Positions 1-9,620 are shown, numbered from the stretch's first letter. The stretch: 29,882 nucleotides of DNA from Candidatus Methylomirabilota bacterium (GCA_046726415.1 JBKPAK010000147.1:1-29882); one strand, 5' to 3'. A program made the numbers and translations. Notes: generated by a model not told the origin, from the sequence alone.

Positions 1-42
1 CGCCTGAGACGGGTGAGGAGCTGGACAAGCTAATGGTGCTGC

Positions 43-399
43 ATGCGTGGACGGCCCGGCGTCTCGTCAACTAATTCGGCGTTCATTCTTCTATGCGCGG
101 GAACGACCTACCTCTCGGCCGGGCGGATCGACGAGGCCGCCAGCCACGCCCTCTGCCTCGCCGCTGACGTCGCGTCGACAGGCGGCGCCGAGGATGCTGA
201 AGGCTACTACGGCGAGGCGCTGGCCCTCGCCGAGCCGCGCGGCATGCGCCCGCTCGTCGCCCACTGTCACCTCGGCTTCGGCATGTTCTATCGCGCAACC
301 GCCCAGCCGGAGTCCGCCAAGCATCACCTGGCCACCGCCGCGACCATGTTTCGGGACATGGAGATGCGATCCTGGCTAGAGAAGGCGACATTACGTTAG
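43..399 (+). pseudogene. C-terminal TPR remnant of a STAND/adenylate cyclase-type protein
   Basis: AEGYYGEALALAEPRGMRPLVAHCHLGFG...AATMFRDMEMRSWLEKA is the typical terminal TPR of cyclase-AAA-TPR proteins. An in-frame stop at 31-33 lies upstream, and a helix appears deleted at SHA|LCLA. Confidence 0.75.
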
Positions 400-700
400 C
401 CACCTACGCTGACCGCTGGCGGGCAGGCGGCGGAGGAGAGATCGAGCCGAAGACGTTGGCCAGCTACCGGCAACTGCTCACCCTTCACGTGCTCCCCGTC
501 CTTGGATCCCTCAAGAAACGAGACATCCGAAGGCGGCACATCACGGGTCTGCTGATGTCCAAGCGGGCGGGTCGACTCCAGCCAGAGAGAGGGAAGGGCG
601 CCGAGCACAGGAAGAACAGCAGCTACTCGAAGAACACCGTTCGGCTCATCAACGCCGCGCTGTCGTCAGTACTCACGGACGCCATCGACGACGGCTCATC
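399..700 (+). mobile_element. Tyrosine (phage-type) integrase, N-terminal/core-binding fragment
   Basis: Frame from 399: ATYADRW...EIEPKTLASYRQLLTLHVLPVLGSLKKRDIRRRHITGLL...SKNTVRLINAALSSVLTDAIDDG. No catalytic domain follows. Confidence 0.8.
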
Positions 701-840
701 GCGCGCGATCCCCTCCAAGAGCCGGTGCACCGCACGCTGCTGCGACTCTACGACCAGCTGGGCCGACGAGACGCTGCACTCAATCAGTCCCAACGTTGCG
801 TGAGTCTCTGCGACGCGAGCTCGGAGTGGAGCCGGAGGGG
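701..840 (+). pseudogene. BTAD (SARP-type activator domain) fragment
   Basis: DPLQEPVHRTLLRLYDQLGRRDAALNQSQRCVS, then a frameshift to LRRELGVEPE, matching the BTAD C-terminal motif. Confidence 0.75.
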
Positions 841-891
841 AGATTGCGAGGATACGAGTGACGCTCGCCGAGGGCGTGTATTCGTCCTCGA

Positions 892-1839
892 TCAGGCGGG
901 CTTCGATCCGGCCTCGGCGAGACGGCGCTTCGCCTCATCCACGATCTCGGTGGGCAGTGGCCCTTTGAGGGCGGCGGCGACGTTGTCGTGCAGGTGCTCT
1001 ACGCTCTTCGTGCCGACGATCGTCGTGTCGAGGTTCGGATCCGACAGCGTGAAGCGGAGCATGAACTCCATTCGGCTGATCCCATCGAGCAGGTCGTCGA
1101 GGTGCGCATCATCCCAGCGGCGCTGGAGGTCGTTGGCCGAGACCATGTAGTAGTGGCGCTGCTTCCAGGCGGTCGGGGCACCGCGCGCGACGCCGCCGCG
1201 GATGATGATACCCGCGCCCGCTGCGGAGGCTCTGGCGATGGCGTCTTCGTGGTCCCGCTGCAGCGCCGAGTACGGGATCTGGAAGGCGTCGAAGACGCCC
1301 ATCTCGATCTGCTCGTTCAAGTTGGGGAGCGTGCCCGACACGCCAACGAAGCGGACTTTGCCCTCGCGCCGCAGGGCGAAGGCTTCCTGAAGCGCCCCCT
1401 CTGCCTCGAACTCATCCCGGGTCAGGCTGCGGTGAAACTGGACGAGGTCGAGGTGCTCTGTTTTCAGGATTCGCAGGCTGTTCTCAACGCCGCGGCGGAT
1501 GTTCGCCGCCGTGTGGCGGTGCTCGCTCGCCGCGCCGGGGACGCAGCCGCACTTCGACGCAAGAAAGTACTCGGAGCGGCGATGCGCGATGAAGCGCCCG
1601 ATCAGCTCCTCGCTGCGGCCGTAATCGATCGAGGTATCGATGAAGTTGATGCCAGCGTCGAGCACGGCGTTGAGGACTCGTTCAGCGTCTTCGTCCGAAA
1701 TCTGAGGACCGCGCGGCTGCCCTCGCAGCTCCATGGCGCCGAAGCCGAGAGTCGTCACATCGAGGCCGGTGCCGCCGAGCCTCCGCCGCGGCAGATCCCC
1801 ATGCAAATCCCTTCCTCGATTGCCGCTGCTCAGGTCCAC
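892..1839 (-). CDS. Aldo/keto reductase
   Basis: LGFGAM, GINFIDTSIDYGRSEELIG, LASKCG, SLRILKTEHLDLVQFH, TIVGTKSVEHLHDN motifs; full length. Confidence 0.95.
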   Translation of the reverse strand: MDLSSGNRGRDLHGDLPRRRLGGTGLDVTTLGFGAMELRGQPRGPQISDEDAERVLNAVLDAGINFIDTSIDYGRSEELIGRFIAHRRSEYFLASKCGCVPGAASEHRHTAANIRRGVENSLRILKTEHLDLVQFHRSLTRDEFEAEGALQEAFALRREGKVRFVGVSGTLPNLNEQIEMGVFDAFQIPYSALQRDHEDAIARASAAGAGIIIRGGVARGAPTAWKQRHYYMVSANDLQRRWDDAHLDDLLDGISRMEFMLRFTLSDPNLDTTIVGTKSVEHLHDNVAAALKGPLPTEIVDEAKRRLAEAGSKPA

Positions 1840-1840
1840 C

Positions 1841-2212
1841 TCACACGTAGGTGTGGGTGATCACTTCCCAGCTATGGCCGTTGGCGTCGCGGAAGTAGAA
1901 GCCGCGGCCCATATGCCGGTGGTTGATCTGCATATCGTCCTGGGACATCGGCCCACTGCCGAAGGCGAGGCCTTCGTCCTTGACCCGCTGCAGGATGGCA
2001 TCGAAGTCGGCGTCCGAGGCGAGGAAGGCATAATGGTGACGGTCGAAGTTCTCGCGGTTGTCGAAGTCCAGTGACAGCGTGTCGTTGACCTTGACGGGCG
2101 CGAAGTGGCCCCACGGGCCCTTGTACTGGAGGCCGAAGATGCGCGCGATGAAGCGCGCCGAGGCCTCCTTGTCGTGAGCCGGGACGATCGTGTGGTCGAG
2201 GAACAGTGCCAT
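1841..2212 (-). CDS. VOC (glyoxalase/bleomycin resistance) family protein
   Basis: MALFLDHTIV...HYAFL...GRGFYFRDANGHSWEVIT. ATG at 2212 follows a GGAAGGAG RBS; the gene abuts the AKR. Confidence 0.93.
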   Translation of the reverse strand: MALFLDHTIVPAHDKEASARFIARIFGLQYKGPWGHFAPVKVNDTLSLDFDNRENFDRHHYAFLASDADFDAILQRVKDEGLAFGSGPMSQDDMQINHRHMGRGFYFRDANGHSWEVITHTYV

Positions 2213-2230
2213 CGCCCTCTCCTTCCTCCG

Positions 2231-2236
2231 ATTATA
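2231..2236 (-). promoter_or_regulatory. Possible sigma70 -10 box for the VOC-AKR pair
   Basis: Perfect TATAAT on the minus strand just upstream of the RBS; no convincing -35. Confidence 0.4.
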
Positions 2237-2534
2237 GGTCGGTCGGCAAGCAGCGCCGCCTCCTGTTTCGCCGCCGGCTCTGCCGCGGATGCGCCTGGTC
2301 CGCCAGCTGGGTGCCCGAGGTTCCCTGACGCTCGACGAGGAGGCGCACGGCTGAGGGTGATGCCCGGCCATCCTGAGCCATCCAGGGGCGGCCATCGTGC
2401 GCCACCCCGGTGGGACGTGATCGGACTTCTTGGCGCCAAGCCCGATCGCAAACAGATCGTGAGTCGGCAGCTACCCCCCTGTATCACGCTGTCGCAGCAC
2501 GCCGAGCGATTTGACCGGCCCTGTCCCGCATAGT

Positions 2535-2725
2535 GGGCTGGCCGGCGGTCATCCGGTCCCGTCGCCTCCAGTCCGCCGCCCCGGGGTGGACGCGCCCAGG
2601 CCCCGCTGGGCTCGCCTGGAGGGCCGCTCGCTACACGCCGCCGCGGCCGTGCCCGCGCGGCCGGGAGCATCTCTGTCGCTACCTCTTGCGCCCCCGCTGG
2701 CCCCGGGAGCGGTTGTCGGAGAGCT
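2535..2725 (+). mobile_element. IS91-family (Y2) transposase internal fragment, frameshifted
   Basis: Stitched frames give ARLEGRSLHAAAAVPAR / EHLCRYLLRP / ERLSES, matching the IS91 GFSLHA...LERLCRYxxRPPLAxERL motif. Confidence 0.8.
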
Positions 2726-2782
2726 TCACGGGCACGCGAGCATCACCTATGGTCTCCCCACTGCGGAGAGCCGCGCTCTGAA

Positions 2783-4381
2783 TCAGCGAATAGGCAGGCC
2801 CGTCGCAGGATCGAGCCAGAGGCGACGCATGTTGGGCTGGGCGAAGTCGACCATGTCGGCGAGCGAGCCGGCAATGTTGTCGAACGAGATCGGACTGATG
2901 CGCTGCCCGCCGAGCCAGTTGTCCTCGATGAAGCGCAGGATCGAAGTCTGATCGCTGAGCGCATGGCTCACGGAGTTCTCCTTGGCGTACGGAGAGATCA
3001 CCAGGAGGGGCAGCCGCGGCCCGTAGCCACAGCGGGCGCCTGGCCCATCATTCTTGCTCCCGCAGAGGAAGTCGAGTGGCGTGTTCGACTGGTTGATGAT
3101 CGGCGGCATCACGTGGTCGTACCAGCCGTCCGAGTCATCCCAGGCGATGACGACCGCCATGTGGCGCCACTCAGGGAGGCGCTGGAGTCGATTCAGGGTC
3201 GTGACCAGGAAGACCTGCTCGTCGAGGGGATCGGAGTTGCCGGGATGCCCGTTCTGGTAGGCCGGACCCTTGAGAAACGAGACCGCAGGAAGGTGGCCGG
3301 CAAACGCGGCCTTCCAGAACCAGTTGAGGTCGTACAGGTGGTTCGCCCGATCCGTCTTGCCCACCATGGCCACCGACGTCGGTGGAAGATGGAGCGGGTT
3401 CGCCGTCGAGGCAAAGTACTGGAACGGATTGTGATGCGGCACGTAGTCCTGGAACCTCAGGGGGTCGGTCGCGGGATCGACGCCGACCGCGCGATCGAAG
3501 GCCTCGAGCGGATGGCTGCTCGAACAGCCCCCGTCGCGCGTCCGCTCGAATCCTCCCTGGAACCAGCCCCAGGTCACGCCCGCCGCGGTGAGCAGATCAC
3601 CGATGTTCCGGCCGGTCATCGCGGCCGTGCTGCCCGTCGAGCAGACGTCCCAGTAGGGGTCGGTATCGTCGACGAAGGTCCCGAGCTGTCCGTTCGTCGG
3701 CGCGGCGACGGCCGCGGACGAGACGGGGGGGCCGCACTCGGGGACGTCCCCGAACACAGAGGTGGGCGGCCCGCACAGGACCCCGTAGCTGTCGCCGGCG
3801 GTCAGGTTCAGCGCGCCCCGCGTGGACTGGCCCGACATGGTGGCGAAGCTGTTGTCGGAGAGGGCGAAGCGCTGGGCGTAATTCCAGAGCGCGGTGACGG
3901 TGTTGCCGTCGAAGTACCCCATCAACGTGTCCCAGCGCCCGTCGCTCCCCTTGTGACAGAACTGCCGGGAGTTGGTCGGGCCCTGGGCGTCGAACCGGGG
4001 AAACCGGTCCATCAGGCCGCCGTTGCGCGCGCGCTGCTCGGCCGTGTACTCGTGGTCCTGATCGCACGTATACGACTGCGTCCGATCGATGCGGAACGGA
4101 TTGGATGAATTGGGATTCCGCTCGAGCAGGGTCCGCGTCAGCCCGTTCACCGAAGGCGTATCCGGGTGCGCGTGGAAGGAAGGTTGCCCGGGCGGGTTGG
4201 CGGCGACCGGATAGGTCGCGAAGTAGGCGTCGAACGAGCGGTTCTCCTGGAAAATGACCACCAAGTACTTGATCGGGGTGGCGGTGTCGAGGCGGGGTGA
4301 CGCGGGAGCCGTCGCGACGACCAGGACGAGCAGCAGGAGACCGACCCGCCCGGCGAGTTGGGACCGCCGAAACTTTCCCAT
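2783..4381 (-). CDS. Secreted phosphoesterase (phospholipase C / AcpA acid phosphatase family)
   Basis: Signal peptide; TPIKYLVVIFQENRSFDAYF, DQDHEY, YVPHHNPFQY, GHP, WDDSDGWYDHV, GYGPRLPLLVISPYAK. Confidence 0.93.
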   Translation of the reverse strand: MGKFRRSQLAGRVGLLLLVLVVATAPASPRLDTATPIKYLVVIFQENRSFDAYFATYPVAANPPGQPSFHAHPDTPSVNGLTRTLLERNPNSSNPFRIDRTQSYTCDQDHEYTAEQRARNGGLMDRFPRFDAQGPTNSRQFCHKGSDGRWDTLMGYFDGNTVTALWNYAQRFALSDNSFATMSGQSTRGALNLTAGDSYGVLCGPPTSVFGDVPECGPPVSSAAVAAPTNGQLGTFVDDTDPYWDVCSTGSTAAMTGRNIGDLLTAAGVTWGWFQGGFERTRDGGCSSSHPLEAFDRAVGVDPATDPLRFQDYVPHHNPFQYFASTANPLHLPPTSVAMVGKTDRANHLYDLNWFWKAAFAGHLPAVSFLKGPAYQNGHPGNSDPLDEQVFLVTTLNRLQRLPEWRHMAVVIAWDDSDGWYDHVMPPIINQSNTPLDFLCGSKNDGPGARCGYGPRLPLLVISPYAKENSVSHALSDQTSILRFIEDNWLGGQRISPISFDNIAGSLADMVDFAQPNMRRLWLDPATGLPIR

Positions 4382-4406
4382 GTGTTTGCTCGGGCCGAAG
4401 CATACC

Positions 4407-4550
4407 TCATCGCTCGGGGCGGACGGCTTGGGCTGCGAGGATCTTCCGCGACTGCGGGAAGGTGGACTCGCTGTGGGGATAGTCGGGGCCCCACATCATT
4501 TTGTCCACGCCGATGACGTCGCGGAGGCGAATGCCGATGACGTCCTCCTG
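4407..4550 (-). pseudogene. Amidohydrolase_2 C-terminal fragment
   Basis: QEDVIGIRLRDVIGVDKMMWGPDYPHSESTFPQSRKIL (MWGxDYPH motif); the rest of the gene is absent. Confidence 0.85.
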
Positions 4551-4554
4551 ATAT

Positions 4555-7500
4555 CTACGCCAGCTCCTCCAGCAACGCTTTGGCCTCCTGGAGATCGGCA
4601 GTGTCAAAGCCCTCGGTAAACCACGCGTAGACCCCAGCCAGCAGATCGTGCGCCTCCTGCCGTTTCCCTTCCTGGTGCCAGAGCCGACTCAGACTCATGG
4701 CGGCCCGCAACTCCAGCGATTTTGCCTCCTGGCGGCGGGCCACATCGAGGGCCCGCTGGAAGCAGGTCTCCACCTCGGCTTGCGGTGTCCCCGGCTGGCG
4801 CAGGAGGAAGCCCCTCCGGAGACGATACAGCTCCGCCTCCACCATGCGTTGTCCCGTGGCCTGCGCGGCCGCCAGTGCCTCGTCCAGGGTGGCAAGTCCC
4901 GCCTCGACCTGCCCGTCTTGGGCGTAGACGTCGGCCAGCAGCCCCAGAAAATACGGCTCCCAGACCGCGCTCCCCGTCTCTCGCACGGCCGCCAGGTCCT
5001 GACGGATCTGGCCGATCTGCTCCCCCCGCTGGCCGAGCGCAGTCCTCGTCCCGCCGCACAGGATTCCGCCGATCGCCCGAAAGAGCGCAAACCCCTGCTC
5101 CGTCGCCAGAGCGATGAGCGCCTCGGCCTGCTCGTGCGCGGCGTCCGTTTCCCGGCGCAGCTCGTAGGCGATGGCCGTCAGCATCCTCGCGAAGGCCAGA
5201 CTCGGGGGATGCACCAGCTCCTGGGCTAGGGCGTGCCCAGCGTGCAGGTGTCGCAGAGCCTGGTCGGGATAGCCCAGCAACCAGAGGACCACGGCCGCCC
5301 CGCCCCGGCAACACACGCCAGGGTCGTGCCCATAGAGGACGGCCAGCGCGCGGTGCTGCTGAGGGTCGTAGAGCGCCAGGCCCTGCCCCAGGTGGGTACG
5401 CGCCAGGGGCAGCTCTCCCATCAGGAGCTGGGTGGTCCAGAGCGCGTGGTGGGCCTCCAGCCGGCGCGACGAGTCGTGTCCCTGCTGCGCCAGCTGTAGA
5501 CACTGCTCCCCCAGCTCGCGCGCCGTCTCGTACGCCCCCCGCCCGTTATAGAACTGCCAGAGTCCCCGCAGGACGGAGAAGAGCTGGGGCGTCTCGCCCA
5601 CGCGCTGACAGAGCGCCCGCGCCCGGGCATAGGCGTGTTCCACCTCGGGGGCGCCAAATCCCCTCGTGTTCATCAACGCCGGGCCCAGGGTGATCTGCAA
5701 GAGCAGCTCCTGCTGGATGCGCTCGTCGGTCTCCGGGAGCGTCTGGAGCACCGCGAGCCCGGTCTTCAGGTGGCTGATCGCCTCGAGGTGGGCGGAGCGC
5801 GCCACCGCCCTCTCGCCTGCCCGCTGCCAGTACCCGACCGCCTGAGCAGCGTGCCCGGCCTCGGTGAGGTGGTGTGCCAGCAGTTCCGGCTGGGTCGCTA
5901 CCATCTCAGGAAACTGCGCTTCGAGCACCTGCGCAGTCCGCTGGTGGATCTGTTGCCGGGTGCTCTTGAGCAACGAGGCATAGGCCGCGTCCTGGATCAA
6001 TGCATGCTTGAACATGTAGCGGGCCCTCGGCGGCCGGCCGCGCTGGTAGAGGAGCTCGGCGGCCACCAATTGCTCCAGCGCCGCCTTGAGGCTGTTTTCG
6101 TCCTGCGGGGCAATACTCCGGACCAGCTCATAGGTAAACTCCCGCCCCAGCACCGCCCCAAGCTGGGCGACCTCTTTGGGTGCCGGGAGCTGATCCAGGC
6201 GGGCCATGAGCGCATCCTGCAAGGTGTCGGGAATCGCCACCGTGCGCAGCGGCCCCGTCAGCACATACTTGCCTGCCTCTTCCCGGAGCAGGGGGGACGC
6301 CAGCAACACCTTTGTCAGCTCTTCGACATACAGCGGCACCCCATCCGTCTTGGTCACGATGTGCTGCACCACCTCGGGGGGCAGGACGTTGCCTCCTACC
6401 CGCTGAGCAATCAGCGCCTCGACCTGCCGGCGCTCCAGGCGATTGAGCACGAGCGAGGTGAGGTGGGAGCGTGGCGGCCAGGGCGGGCGAAACGCAGGGC
6501 GAGACGTCAGGACGTGCAGCATCGGCGCCGTGGGCGCCTGCTCGATCACGAGCCCGAGGATCTCCAGCGTGGTTGGGTCGGCCCAGTGCAGGTCTTCCCA
6601 CACCGCCAGCACGGGTTGCCGCTCCGCCTGTGCCGCCAGCCATGCGACCAGCGTGTCCAGCGTCTGCTGCTTCTGCTGCTGCGGGGTCCCCGTCAGGGGC
6701 GCATACCGGTCTGCCGGGAGCGGAACCGCCAGCAACCCGGCGAACAGCGGCACTGCTTCGGCCAGCGGCAGATCAGAGGACTGCAGCCCCGCTTCCAGCT
6801 TGCTCAGCCGGGTCGCGGAGGCATCGTCCGCCGCAAGGTGCCATACGTGCTCGAGGTGGGTGATCACGGGATAGAGGACGCTGGCGGTGTGATAGGGCGA
6901 GCAGCGAAAGGCCATGCGCGGCGAGCCCTCCGCACGCACGTGCGCCCGCAGCGCCCCCACCAGAGCTGACTTGCCAATACCGGCCTCGCCGCTGACGAAG
7001 ACGACCTGCCCCAGCCCGGCCTTGCTCTCGTTCCAGCGGCGGAGTAGAAGCCCGCCTTCTTCCTCGCGCCCCACCAGCGTCGGCACCGTGGCGGTCACAA
7101 CGTCCTCGTCAGGACCGGGCGCCGCCAGGGGGCCACGCACACGGCTGATCGCCATGGGCTCGGCAACCCCGCGGAGGGTATGGGTCCCGAGATCTTCCAG
7201 GGCAAATGTTCCGGACACGAGCCGAGCGGTCACGGCGCTGATCATCACCGTGTCGGGCGAGGCGAGGGCTTCGAGCCGGGCCGCGATATTCAGGGTTTCA
7301 CCCATCGCCAGGCGCTCGTGCCGCTCGGCGCCTCCCATCACCCCCACGACGACCGGACCGGTGTGGATACCGAGCCGCACGGCCAGCTTCACCCCGTACA
7401 GTCCCATCAGCCGGGTGTTCAGGGTGGCCATCGCTTCGATAATGCCGAGGCCCGTGTGCACCGCGCGCCGGGCATCGTCTTCATGGGCCGTGGGGTAGCC

Positions 7501-8232
7501 AAAGTAGACCCACAGCCCATCGCCGAGATACTGGGAGATATGCCCCGCGTACTGCTTGATGACCGCGGTTGCGGTCTCCTGGTACGCATACACGACTGCC
7601 CGGAAGTCCTCCGGGTCAAGTTGGCCCGAGAGCTGGGTGGAGCCCACCAGGTCGCAGAAGAGCACGGTGAGCTGCCGTCGCTCGGCCTCGTCTGGATCGC
7701 TGTGTAGTCCCGCGGACGTGGGGACAGGCACATCCTCTGGCGTATGTGACGCACCGTGGTCCGCGGGGAGGGCGGCGGGTGCCACCGCCGAGTCGGGTGC
7801 CCGCGGTGCGTCCTCCCCCGTCCAGACGAGCCCCTGGCCGTCCTCCTCGCGCGCTAGCCGGCGAAAGCGCAGCTCGTCCCGGACGGCGTGCAGGCAGTCA
7901 TGGTCCACGCCCAGCACCTGGCGCAGGGTCCGGTACGTGACCCGCTGCTCGCGCTGGAGCAGCGCCATCACCGCCAGGAGCACGGTGTGGAGCCGGCGCT
8001 CGGCCTCGGCCTGCTGGCGGATGCCTGGCTCCGTGCCAGGAGGTGTCCCTGTCCAGACCAGGATCGCGGCCTGTTCATCGACAGCGAGGTGCTGGGCGTT
8101 GATGAGCTCGTCCTTCAGATCCTCCAGGCAGGCATCGTCGAGCTGGAACTCGCGCTTGAGGCCACGATAGGTCACCCGACCGCGCTCCCGCAAAAGTGCC
8201 ACCACCCGGTCGAGCACCTCGTAAAACCCCAT
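4555..8232 (-). CDS. Class III nucleotide cyclase - STAND AAA ATPase - TPR protein with duplicated N-terminal domain
   Basis: ERRQLTVLFCDLVGST, YLGDG, RLGIHTG, NIAARL; Walker A GEAGIGKS, Walker B WEDLHWAD; FKHALIQDAAY; terminal FTEGFDTADL. Start taken at MGFYEV. Confidence 0.95.
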   Translation of the reverse strand: MGFYEVLDRVVALLRERGRVTYRGLKREFQLDDACLEDLKDELINAQHLAVDEQAAILVWTGTPPGTEPGIRQQAEAERRLHTVLLAVMALLQREQRVTYRTLRQVLGVDHDCLHAVRDELRFRRLAREEDGQGLVWTGEDAPRAPDSAVAPAALPADHGASHTPEDVPVPTSAGLHSDPDEAERRQLTVLFCDLVGSTQLSGQLDPEDFRAVVYAYQETATAVIKQYAGHISQYLGDGLWVYFGYPTAHEDDARRAVHTGLGIIEAMATLNTRLMGLYGVKLAVRLGIHTGPVVVGVMGGAERHERLAMGETLNIAARLEALASPDTVMISAVTARLVSGTFALEDLGTHTLRGVAEPMAISRVRGPLAAPGPDEDVVTATVPTLVGREEEGGLLLRRWNESKAGLGQVVFVSGEAGIGKSALVGALRAHVRAEGSPRMAFRCSPYHTASVLYPVITHLEHVWHLAADDASATRLSKLEAGLQSSDLPLAEAVPLFAGLLAVPLPADRYAPLTGTPQQQKQQTLDTLVAWLAAQAERQPVLAVWEDLHWADPTTLEILGLVIEQAPTAPMLHVLTSRPAFRPPWPPRSHLTSLVLNRLERRQVEALIAQRVGGNVLPPEVVQHIVTKTDGVPLYVEELTKVLLASPLLREEAGKYVLTGPLRTVAIPDTLQDALMARLDQLPAPKEVAQLGAVLGREFTYELVRSIAPQDENSLKAALEQLVAAELLYQRGRPPRARYMFKHALIQDAAYASLLKSTRQQIHQRTAQVLEAQFPEMVATQPELLAHHLTEAGHAAQAVGYWQRAGERAVARSAHLEAISHLKTGLAVLQTLPETDERIQQELLLQITLGPALMNTRGFGAPEVEHAYARARALCQRVGETPQLFSVLRGLWQFYNGRGAYETARELGEQCLQLAQQGHDSSRRLEAHHALWTTQLLMGELPLARTHLGQGLALYDPQQHRALAVLYGHDPGVCCRGGAAVVLWLLGYPDQALRHLHAGHALAQELVHPPSLAFARMLTAIAYELRRETDAAHEQAEALIALATEQGFALFRAIGGILCGGTRTALGQRGEQIGQIRQDLAAVRETGSAVWEPYFLGLLADVYAQDGQVEAGLATLDEALAAAQATGQRMVEAELYRLRRGFLLRQPGTPQAEVETCFQRALDVARRQEAKSLELRAAMSLSRLWHQEGKRQEAHDLLAGVYAWFTEGFDTADLQEAKALLEELA

Positions 8233-8264
8233 CGCGCCGCCCTCTCCCCCGCGAGGTCTGACGA

Positions 8265-8654
8265 TCACTTCACTGGCACGAGCACCGGCGCCCCTTTCTT
8301 TTTGATCAACATCACCAGGAATTTTGCCGGCCGCGTGGTGCTTGCGTTCCGGCCGACGACGTGAATATCGTCGGGCGCCTCGTAGAACGTCTGCCCTGGC
8401 CCTAGCGTCACTTCCTGTCCCCCTCGCACCTGCATGACCACCGCGCCTTCCAGCACGTAGATGAACCCGTGCGCATCGTGACGGTGCACGGGGTCCGCCC
8501 CGCCCGGCGGATACTCCACGGTGAACATCAAGACTTCCTTGCCTGGAAAGTCAGTCAGATCTTTCGACATGAGCGACACGACGTCAGGTTGCTGAGCCGT
8601 TGCCGTATTCGTCATGAGGAAAAGCAGGAGCAGTGAAAGTGTCGTCTTCTTCAT
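8265..8654 (-). CDS. Secreted cupin-domain protein
   Basis: Signal peptide MKKTTLSLLLL; VEYPPGGADPVHRHDAHGFIYVLEG, GQTFYEAPDDIH. Confidence 0.92.
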   Translation of the reverse strand: MKKTTLSLLLLFLMTNTATAQQPDVVSLMSKDLTDFPGKEVLMFTVEYPPGGADPVHRHDAHGFIYVLEGAVVMQVRGGQEVTLGPGQTFYEAPDDIHVVGRNASTTRPAKFLVMLIKKKGAPVLVPVK

Positions 8655-8727
8655 CGTTGCCCTTTCCGTGCGCCGGTGGAAAACCCTATGGCGGTACCTG
8701 TGCGCCGTTCCTTCAGGGGGCCAAGGC

Positions 8728-9480
8728 TCATCGCGTCCTCGGCTGGCGGAGCCAATCCTCGAGACGGATTGTCCCGATGTGCGCATGGTCGCCGGGCACC
8801 AGCGAGCGATCGTCGAGGCGAACGCCGAAATAGCCCGCCAGGGGGTCGGGGACAACCTCCCGCGGGTCGTTGGTTGCCTTGAGGTAGCGCGCGACCATCT
8901 CGCTCATCGGCAGCCGTTCGGGGCCGGCGATCTCGATCGTGTCGTTGAGAGGCGCGCCGAGCGCAGCGTCCGCCACCGCCTTGGCAACATCGTCGGCAGC
9001 GATGGGCTGGAAGCTGGCGTTCGAGAGGCGAACACGTGTGTTGTCGGTGCCGGCAGCGGCGATGGCGCCGAGAAATTCGAAAAACTGCGTTGCCCGGATG
9101 ATCGTGTAGGGGATGCCTGCCTTCGTGATCGCCTGTTCCTGGGCCAGCTTGGCGCGAAAATAACCACTATCCTGCAGGCGGTCGGTGCCGACGACCGAGA
9201 GGGCGACGTGATGACGGACGGAGGCCTCTCGCTCCGCGCGTGCGAGATTGCGGCCCGAGTTCTCGAAGAAGGCAAGGGCCGCTGCAGCCTCGAACGACGG
9301 AGAGTTTGAGAGGTCGACGACCACCTGCGCGCCGACCAGCGCCTCAGCCAGACCTTGGCCGGTCGTGGCATCCACGCCGGTGTTGGGTGAGGCGGCCAGG
9401 GTCTGGTGACCCTGCTCGGTCAGCCTCTTCACGACCTTGGTGCCGATGAGGCCGGTGCCTCCAATCACGACGATCTTCAT
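8728..9480 (-). CDS. NAD(P)-binding SDR/NmrA-like (YbjT-type) protein
   Basis: MKIVVIGGTGLIG, HHVALSVVG, GYFRAKLAQE, RATQFFEF; ATG at 9480 after an AAGGAG RBS. Confidence 0.93.
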   Translation of the reverse strand: MKIVVIGGTGLIGTKVVKRLTEQGHQTLAASPNTGVDATTGQGLAEALVGAQVVVDLSNSPSFEAAAALAFFENSGRNLARAEREASVRHHVALSVVGTDRLQDSGYFRAKLAQEQAITKAGIPYTIIRATQFFEFLGAIAAAGTDNTRVRLSNASFQPIAADDVAKAVADAALGAPLNDTIEIAGPERLPMSEMVARYLKATNDPREVVPDPLAGYFGVRLDDRSLVPGDHAHIGTIRLEDWLRQPRTR

Positions 9481-9515
9481 TGTGTGTCTCCTTCCTTTCC
9501 GCACAGCCTGCCGGT

Positions 9516-9620
9516 TCAGCGCTTGATGAAGGCGAGAAGATCGGCATTGATCACATCGGCGTGTGTCGTGCACATGCCATGCGGAAATTTCTCGTAGATC
9601 TCGAGCGTGCTCTTTTTCAG
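9516..9620 (-). pseudogene. cpo: Non-heme chloroperoxidase (alpha/beta hydrolase) C-terminal fragment
   Basis: [33 protein letters not shown], the typical Cpo C-terminus with the catalytic His. Confidence 0.85.

Noticed and set aside
988..6969. Long plus-strand ORFs 988-1860, 2963-4108 and 5635-6969
   Set aside because: Antisense shadows of the AKR, PLC and cyclase genes, as expected in high-GC DNA; no motifs of their own.
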